Virus record (IMG/VR): IMGVR_UViG_3300012942_000017
Coordinates: 1 to 42,650 of that record
Direction: 5' to 3' (one strand)
Length of the DNA: 42,650 nucleotides
From: a virus
Lineage: Duplodnaviria > Caudoviricetes
Of the stretch, positions 37,106 to 42,650 are shown piece after piece (position 1 is the stretch's first letter; the number at the start of each line of letters is the position of its first letter). Both the position numbers and the translations under genes were made by a program. Under the pieces are notes generated by a model. That model was not told the origin of the DNA. It saw only the letters and a program-made list of their open reading frames with translations, and ran no database searches.

Positions 37106-37495
37106 ATGGATCGCTACCCTACACGCAATGGGGTAGCGATTTCTCCGTATGAATTGTCTTTTTCACCAAGTAGGCTCGACCTATCCAATGAGTACAACTT
37201 CAACCTCCACCATGCAGAATTTACAAGGCGAGAGTTTGGAAGGTTTGCCCTGCTTGATACCTTTAGGAGTCTGTCCTCAAACCAGTATATATTGCCAATC
37301 GACACTCATGCGGAGCTCCACAGGCTGTACAATCCTCCCGACTTGCCAACACCAGAGCAAGCAATGGATAGAATCCAGCAAGCCGTTGATAGCGGAGAAC
37401 CACTACGATATGGGTCGGCACTTCATCCCGAATACCGTCCGATAGGAAAAGAAATACTACGTTTAATAAATAGGGAATATTTGGAGCTAAGATGA
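37106..37495 (+). CDS. Hypothetical protein with an HNH-like His motif
   Basis: NLHH...LP...HAELH. Confidence 0.55.
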   Translation: MDRYPTRNGVAISPYELSFSPSRLDLSNEYNFNLHHAEFTRREFGRFALLDTFRSLSSNQYILPIDTHAELHRLYNPPDLPTPEQAMDRIQQAVDSGEPLRYGSALHPEYRPIGKEILRLINREYLELR

Positions 37496-38745
37496 AAAAA
37501 TGGGTAGGGGAAGATTTAGTAAACCTTGTAACAAAAGGCATTGATGAATTAGCGCGGCTTTATCCTGACCAATCAATAGAAAATCTCAAACGTCGAAAGA
37601 GAGAAAAAAGAGCCGTCATGGAGAAATTTGCTGCTAATCCCGAAGATAAACGACCAGAGTATGAGGCGTTATCAAGAGCATTTGGGGAGCAGGGCATCAG
37701 TTTATCGCCAGAAGATTTGTCTATGGCGACGCGAGCCGGTTTCCATGTCGGCTTTATTCGTAACCAGGATGGAGAAATTGAATACACGAAGCCATTACCT
37801 CACGTTGAATTTGGTAAGCCGAAGTCTGAGTTAACTGTAGAACCTGTTGAGGCAGCCGTAATACACCCTATTGAGGCTTTACCTATCGAACGTGACTATA
37901 AGGTCATCTTTGTGTTTTCAGACGCTCAGATAGGCTACAGACGCCTTGAAGACGAGCTCATGCCGTTACATGATGAAGCAGCAATTAGAGCATCGCAAAT
38001 GTTGGTAGCCGATCTTCAACCAGATGTCTTGGTAGACAATGGTGATACGACTGATTTTGCCGAGTTATCCCGTCATCCTGTTGACTCAGATCACTTCCAG
38101 GGTACTCTTCAACCATCTTTGCAACGAACTCACAACATGCTGGCCGAGTTCACGGCCGTTTCTCCTAATGCATATCGAATCACCGTTGGTTCCAATCATA
38201 TCAAACGCTTAACAGACTATACGCTTCGTAACGCCTTTCCCCTTTACAATATCAAGGCAGCGGATGAGAAATATGCAGCACTATCATATCCGGGGTTATT
38301 GAAGCTTGACCATATTGGCTGGGATTTTGCTGGTGGCTATGACGGTGCAGAATATCAATATAATGATGATTTAGCTTTTATCCATGGAACATTCGCTGTG
38401 AGTGCTGGAAGCACCGCTAGTAAGCTCTCAAGGGCTAATCCTGACCGTAATATCGTCCAGGGGCATGTACACCGCATGGAGAGCCAATATCATACAGATC
38501 GCCGAGGACGTGTCTTTGGTGCCTATACTGTGGGAGCACTTTGTCGTATTGATGGGACTGTACCTAGTTATCACTCCTCCATTGACCAGTTTAATCAACC
38601 TGTGAAACATTATGAGAACTGGCAACAAGGAGTTATGGTCATCTATGATTACGGTGATGGTGTCTACCAGTTCGATCATGTAACAATCCGCGATGGAGTA
38701 ATCCATTACCAGGGTAAAGAATACAACGGAAAGTCATCTGAATAG
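37492..38745 (+). CDS. Calcineurin-like metallophosphoesterase
   Basis: SDAQ, NGDTTD, GSNH, IHG and QGHVHR motifs. Confidence 0.88.
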   Translation: MKKWVGEDLVNLVTKGIDELARLYPDQSIENLKRRKREKRAVMEKFAANPEDKRPEYEALSRAFGEQGISLSPEDLSMATRAGFHVGFIRNQDGEIEYTKPLPHVEFGKPKSELTVEPVEAAVIHPIEALPIERDYKVIFVFSDAQIGYRRLEDELMPLHDEAAIRASQMLVADLQPDVLVDNGDTTDFAELSRHPVDSDHFQGTLQPSLQRTHNMLAEFTAVSPNAYRITVGSNHIKRLTDYTLRNAFPLYNIKAADEKYAALSYPGLLKLDHIGWDFAGGYDGAEYQYNDDLAFIHGTFAVSAGSTASKLSRANPDRNIVQGHVHRMESQYHTDRRGRVFGAYTVGALCRIDGTVPSYHSSIDQFNQPVKHYENWQQGVMVIYDYGDGVYQFDHVTIRDGVIHYQGKEYNGKSSE

Positions 38746-38810
38746 CCAACACACCCAATCTCAACGAGCTATAATAAGGTAAACAACTAAAAACAAAAAG
38801 GAGAAACCGA

Positions 38811-38978
38811 ATGAATGCTTCGGCAATTATTACTGATTCTATGACGCTCGAAGAGAAATTGGCTGCTATTGATACTGCCGTGAAGAAAGCCCAAGAGAGC
38901 TATAACAGAGATAATGGTCGTCCCGTGGACGCGCCAGTTGATCCAGCTGACCTAACGATGTGTGAGGGTTGTCAGTAA
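38811..38978 (+). CDS. 55-aa protein ending in CxxCQ (not in ORF track)
   Basis: MNASAIITDSMTLEEKLAAIDTAVKKAQESYNRDNGRPVDAPVDPADLTMCEGCQ; TATAAT at 38770-38775 and an AAGGAG RBS. Confidence 0.8.
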   Translation: MNASAIITDSMTLEEKLAAIDTAVKKAQESYNRDNGRPVDAPVDPADLTMCEGCQ

Positions 38979-39118
38979 TGGAACGTCTTACCAACGATGA
39001 GATTAACGAACGCCCAGCTACTATTGAGGAACGATTACTAATTGGTAGCAAAGCTATTGAGCAATACATCATCCCCATTGATCCCATGGATGAACTCCAG
39101 TGTGATTCTTGTCAGTAA
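38978..39118 (+). CDS. 46-aa paralog ending in CxxCQ (not in ORF track)
   Basis: MERLTNDEINERPATIEERLLIGSKAIEQYIIPIDPMDELQCDSCQ; TAATG coupling. Confidence 0.75.
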   Translation: MERLTNDEINERPATIEERLLIGSKAIEQYIIPIDPMDELQCDSCQ

Positions 39119-39154
39119 TCCCCACAAATAGCACAAGCTTGTTATAATAAGGAT

Positions 39155-39228
39155 GGTCAGAGATCTCAATGACCGCGCCTTCCTCTACCCCTCCAAACAA
39201 AAAGCCCCCAGAAATGGGGGTTATTTTT
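39155..39228 (+). ncRNA. Putative sRNA of about 75 nt
   Basis: TGTTATAAT at 39140-39148, 5' hairpin GGTCA/TGACC, a C/U-rich middle and a terminator. Confidence 0.45.
39199..39228. terminator. Bidirectional intrinsic terminator
   Basis: AAAAAGCCCCCA-GAAA-TGGGGGTTATTTTT. Confidence 0.8.
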
Positions 39229-39373
39229 GCTCTGGTGTATGGCTCCAGATCATTGAGAACGTACAAGAAGGGACACCTCTCTTGCACAGTTGTAATTAAG
39301 TGAGTGATCCATAAGAAGGTGGGCTACTTATGATACTCTGGAAGGTACGAGATAAGGATTGCTCCTTTTCTAT
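39199..39373 (-). ncRNA. Putative sRNA of about 175 nt
   Basis: TGTTATAAT at 39388-39380; hairpins AAGGA-GCAA-TCCTT, CATAAG/CTTATG and GTGCAAGA/TCTTGTAC; ends at the terminator. Confidence 0.45.
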
Positions 39374-39387
39374 ACTCTTATTATAAC

Positions 39388-39413
39388 AAAAATCCCCCGA
39401 TTTGGGGGAAAAA
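39388..39413. terminator. Intrinsic terminator
   Basis: TCCCCC/GGGGGA stem followed by T5 on the minus strand. Confidence 0.7.
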
Positions 39414-39584
39414 TGTTCCACTATGTTCTCTGGCAGTCCGTTAATCCGTGGCGATTATTGTACTTTAGCCATTAACCGTTGCTACTCTATTGTAGCAGAA
39501 AAGGGGCGACAGATCGAGATTCTTTCCGTGTGACCTTTTTCGGGCGAGATAATCGTCTTACTAAAATTGTTACTCCTGTTAAAT

Positions 39585-39659
39585 TGGCTGGAAGAGTGGG
39601 ACTCGAACCCACAACCATTCGATTAACAGTCGAACGCTCCACCATTGAGCTATCTTCCA
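39585..39659 (-). tRNA. tRNA-Asn (GTT) with encoded CCA
   Basis: Acceptor TGGAAGA/TCTTCCA, D-arm GCTC/GAGC, anticodon arm TTCGA-CTGTTAA-TCGAA, T-arm GTGGG-TTCGAGT-CCCAC, then G-CCA. Confidence 0.95.
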
Positions 39660-39667
39660 GTACCCTC

Positions 39668-39676
39668 ATTATACCA
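39668..39676 (-). promoter_or_regulatory. Extended -10 promoter of the tRNA
   Basis: TGGTATAAT lies 8 nt upstream of the tRNA 5' end. Confidence 0.7.
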
Positions 39677-39968
39677 GGGATCACCACCAGACCAATCAAC
39701 AAAGGTACATAACTAAAACAATTTATCTAATAGAATACTCTGTTACTTTCTGGTGGTGATCCCCAGGCAAGACTGAATAGGAATCTTGCTGGGGGCACCT
39801 ACAGTTTCGGCAATGCAGGTGTCGCATATCCTGCGGGCGTGGTCTCTTACACCACCTGATAGTTAAGTCAGAAACTATTTGGAGAGTTGGGTATCTCCTT
39901 TTGCCTTACAGTGTTTTGTTTTAGCCGAGGGAAACAAGAAGAGTCTCGTTTCCCATGAGCTCAACAAT

Positions 39969-40379
39969 TTACAGCGCATTTGCCAGTTGAACGACAACGC
40001 GTTCTTCACCTTTATCTACTCTCACAAAGGAATGAGCAAAGCCAATGACCCACGCCTGATTGTCGTTGGGGAGTATTTCTGCCTCCACGAGACCATCCTG
40101 AACGAATTTCTGGGCAAAGGCAATGTTGTCTAAATCATGCCGTGAAGATATATACCATGTGTAATCAATAAACTGAGGATAGCGCACGGGTTGAAGGTTC
40201 CTCGCTGAATCAATGACAAGTTGTGTCATGATCTTTTTAATCTTCGCACCTGCGTATCTGTTTGCCCTGTTAGCATTTGTATAATCATTGAGAGTAGTCA
40301 TTTGACCATAGATGACAAATGCCTGGTTGGGCCAGTTAATATCAATATCTTCGGGTAGTATATCTTTCAGTTTCGACAT
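39969..40379 (-). CDS. rusA: RusA-like Holliday junction resolvase
   Basis: TLNDY, HDLDNI..AQKFVQDGL...ILPNDN motif. Confidence 0.8.
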   Translation of the reverse strand: MSKLKDILPEDIDINWPNQAFVIYGQMTTLNDYTNANRANRYAGAKIKKIMTQLVIDSARNLQPVRYPQFIDYTWYISSRHDLDNIAFAQKFVQDGLVEAEILPNDNQAWVIGFAHSFVRVDKGEERVVVQLANAL

Positions 40380-40423
40380 GTTTATTTTCCTTTGTTAAGG
40401 GTGGCTTGAGCTGTACACTTCAA

Positions 40424-40756
40424 TCACTTAGCGGACGGTTTATTATGCCCGTACTCATCCCCTGGAGGATTGCCACCCTCTAAATATTTTAACAGTTCGT
40501 ACTCAGCCTTCGACACCTTTGGAACTATTTTACGAGAACCCTTATCAGAGTTACATTTACCATGAGCTGGTTGAATGTTCGATACATCCAATATCAACTC
40601 TGGGTGAGAACTTCGTGGCAAAATGTGGTCGAGAGTTACGTCACCAACCCAAACGGGCTTCCCGCAAATCCCACATATATAGTAGCCATCATGGTCTGGA
40701 GGATTGTCCTTTAACCATTGATAACGGAACGCCAGCCACTCGTTCTTCGTGACCAT
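40424..40756 (-). CDS. HNH endonuclease
   Basis: CGICG, TLDHILPRS, NIQPAHGKCNSDKG. Confidence 0.9.
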   Translation of the reverse strand: MVTKNEWLAFRYQWLKDNPPDHDGYYICGICGKPVWVGDVTLDHILPRSSHPELILDVSNIQPAHGKCNSDKGSRKIVPKVSKAEYELLKYLEGGNPPGDEYGHNKPSAK

Positions 40757-40760
40757 TTAT

Positions 40761-41336
40761 CTATTCGTCGTCTTCGTCCTTTGAACGCTTGACCTTGTTG
40801 ACCTTCTGTACAAGCGCATAAATCGCTTTTTGAAGATCTTTATCGTTGTCCCACAAGTAGTCTAGCACAACGCGACGACCTTGTTCAGTCAGCGCACCGT
40901 TCTGGAGAATCCCAGCCTCGGTGAGCACTCGCTCTTGCTTAGATTTGGTTGCGTAACGGATAACTTGACGGATACTTTCCACGTTTTCCTCCTTCTTCAC
41001 CTCTGGGGTGAAACATTCTTGATTTAATAATTCGTCGGCCGCAAGAGCAGACGCTAGCTCCTCTTCATCACGTTCAGCAAACGCTTTAGCGATGAGAGTA
41101 GTAACTTGCTCAAGGGTAATTCCGGGCGCTTGGGTAGTTGCTACAGTTTTCGGACGATAGAATTTGATCTCATCAACCGAAAAAGGATGTGGCATTCCAT
41201 CCAAATAATATGGACGCTCAGCGCCTTTTTCGTAGGCAGTAACAACATGTTGCGAGTCGTCGTATGCAAATGATTGTTCAATCACCCAATCACGAATCTG
41301 AACTGCTGTTCCCACTGGATATAGAATTTTTCCCAT
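40761..41336 (-). CDS. Hypothetical protein
   Basis: 191 aa with an AAGGAG RBS. Confidence 0.7.
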   Translation of the reverse strand: MGKILYPVGTAVQIRDWVIEQSFAYDDSQHVVTAYEKGAERPYYLDGMPHPFSVDEIKFYRPKTVATTQAPGITLEQVTTLIAKAFAERDEEELASALAADELLNQECFTPEVKKEENVESIRQVIRYATKSKQERVLTEAGILQNGALTEQGRRVVLDYLWDNDKDLQKAIYALVQKVNKVKRSKDEDDE

Positions 41337-41499
41337 TGTTCTCCTTTCTCTTTTGGCCTCCCTTGCTTCCCAACTCGCGTCGTCTCTCTGGAGTCAGCAA
41401 TGCAAACCCCTTTGGAACTTTCGCCTTACCACCACGAGACGCGATGGCTTTCCGCTGGTCGTCAGGCATATTTGCGAATCCTATTTTACGAGATTCCAT
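41290..41499 (-). CDS. KGG-repeat (stress-induced-like) small protein
   Basis: Two GFA....RR.IASxGG repeats; AGGAG RBS before 41499. Confidence 0.75.
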   Translation of the reverse strand: MESRKIGFANMPDDQRKAIASRGGKAKVPKGFALLTPERRRELGSKGGQKRKENNGKNSISSGNSSSDS

Positions 41500-41902
41500 T
41501 CTCCTGCCTTTCCATTTGCAAGTTGATAAGCCTGCTTTTAATGGCATCTATTAGATCGTGGACGTTGAACGATAACGCCGAAAGCGCACTTTCGACCTCT
41601 TGCGCTTTGATGAAAGCATCATACTCTTTATCTGCTTCAAGGATTTTCAGTTCCTTTGCATCAGTAGCGCTCATCGTTTCGCGTAATCGTTTATAACCAG
41701 AAGCTCGTGCTGTTTGGTAGTTTTTCTCAGCTACCCATACATCACGTTTCGCATCTGCCACATAGCGGCCTAGCCCTGCCTTATAATTTGCTAGTCGAAC
41801 CGCCACCCTTGATAATGTATCGCCAGAATAATCCTCTAATGAATGATCATTGAGTTTCGCAATCTCATTGGTAATGAGCGTGATGATTACTTCGGCTTTC
41901 AT
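41486..41902 (-). CDS. Helical coiled-coil hypothetical protein
   Basis: Follows the SSB-like gene; all-helical pattern. Confidence 0.65.
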   Translation of the reverse strand: MKAEVIITLITNEIAKLNDHSLEDYSGDTLSRVAVRLANYKAGLGRYVADAKRDVWVAEKNYQTARASGYKRLRETMSATDAKELKILEADKEYDAFIKAQEVESALSALSFNVHDLIDAIKSRLINLQMERQENGIS

Positions 41903-41903
41903 A

Positions 41904-42290
41904 TTAAAAAGGGATTTCTGATAAATCAATCGGCTTGTCTTCGATGTCTTCTAGGACAACTTCACGCGGTTGATTCTCCAAAATAGTAATGATGTGATCG
42001 AGCTTCTCGTGCACTTCCTTTAGAGAAGAACTTGCACCGTTGTAGCCTTGATTGTCTTTCATTACTCGTTTGAACTTTGTATAAGTAACGTCTCCGTTCT
42101 CCTGGACGTATGTATGACCATAAATTGTTTCCCCAGCAACAGGTGCCTTTGAATCAATCTTCTGGGTGAGTTGTACCCAACCTTCGACACCATCAAGTTG
42201 AATAGCGTAATCTTGAAAATCACCACCATACTTTTGCGAGTGCCATTTACTGCGGGGTTCAACTTTTAGAATATTATAGTCCTTGTCCAT
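41904..42290 (-). CDS. Putative single-stranded DNA-binding protein
   Basis: Beta-rich OB-like N-domain and an acidic tail ending DLSEIPF; AGGAG RBS. Confidence 0.6.
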   Translation of the reverse strand: MDKDYNILKVEPRSKWHSQKYGGDFQDYAIQLDGVEGWVQLTQKIDSKAPVAGETIYGHTYVQENGDVTYTKFKRVMKDNQGYNGASSSLKEVHEKLDHIITILENQPREVVLEDIEDKPIDLSEIPF

Positions 42291-42302
42291 TGTTATCTCC
42301 TG

Positions 42303-42527
42303 TTACTTATCTTTATTTTTATCCAACCAGTTGACGAAGCCAATCAGAGTAGGATCATCTGTTTCCTTGAGGTACTTCCATGCTAACACGTCAACGACGG
42401 CAGCAATGTTTTCCTCGTTCGTCTTGGTGACAACCGCCATCTTCGTCGAAGAGGAAACTGTCGGCACTTTCGAGCTCTTGGCAATATCCTCTAAGGTACG
42501 ATTGAAACCACGGACTAGAAGTTTGCG
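42303..42527 (-). CDS. Tandem winged-helix protein, 3' part (starts at 396 across the origin)
   Basis: The second wHTH, YTMNDMARDLDIPLGSIHHHINQLIKRKLL, spans the junction. Confidence 0.85.
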   Translation of the reverse strand, partial: RKLLVRGFNRTLEDIAKSSKVPTVSSSTKMAVVTKTNEENIAAVVDVLAWKYLKETDDPTLIGFVNWLDKNKDK

Positions 42528-42650
42528 CTTAATGAGCTGATTGATATGATGATGGATAGAACCAAGCGGGATGTCAAGGTCCCGTGCCATGTCATTCATC
42601 GTATAGTTATCACCCATTCTATCGGAAACATATTGCAGGATACGTTCTGA
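42528..42650. repeat. Terminal direct repeat, right copy
   Basis: Identical to 1-123. Confidence 0.97.

Noticed and set aside
12557-38706. Many 60-235 aa antisense or alternate-frame ORFs inside structural genes
   Set aside because: They are shadow ORFs of long genes, with no RBS or motifs.
39479-39712. ORFs 39479..39712 (+) and 39487..39702 (-), plus 38866..39087 (-) and 39069..39287 (-) nearby
   Set aside because: They overlap the tRNA, the terminators or better-supported genes, and have no RBS.

Overview
The window is a complete, circularly assembled tailed-phage genome of about 42,527 bp; bases 1-123 repeat exactly at 42528-42650. It reads cleanly in genetic code 11. One arm runs leftward from a sigma70 promoter at about 10.8 kb, across the origin, to about 39.97 kb. 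It holds small early genes, an amidoligase/GATase-II/double-GGCT module, three tandem paralogs, a HAD phosphatase, a PD-(D/E)XK nuclease, a tandem wHTH protein, and SSB-like, KGG, HNH and RusA-like genes. The other arm runs rightward from 11.16 to 39.1 kb. It holds the terminases, portal, two large ejection-like proteins, scaffold, major capsid, a GT2-TPR-GT4 glycosyltransferase, a beta-helix spike, an adaptor, Dit/Tal-like and tail proteins, a GH25 endolysin, a holin and a metallophosphoesterase. I recognise no integrase, DNA polymerase, helicase, primase, ribonucleotide reductase, tail tube or conventional tape-measure gene. The most unusual items are missed by the ORF track: (1) two tandem mini-proteins ending DPxDxxxCxxCQ-stop, like a free-standing ribonucleotide-reductase redox tail; (2) an island of about 850 bp with tRNA-Asn and several putative small RNAs, each with its own promoter and terminator; (3) a structured element of about 205 nt with a perfect tRNA T-arm and alternative pairings; (4) a podovirus-like head joined to Dit/Tal-like genes with no tail tube. 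A Saccharibacteria/CPR-type host is inferred, not shown. All protein calls come from motifs read by eye, with no database search.
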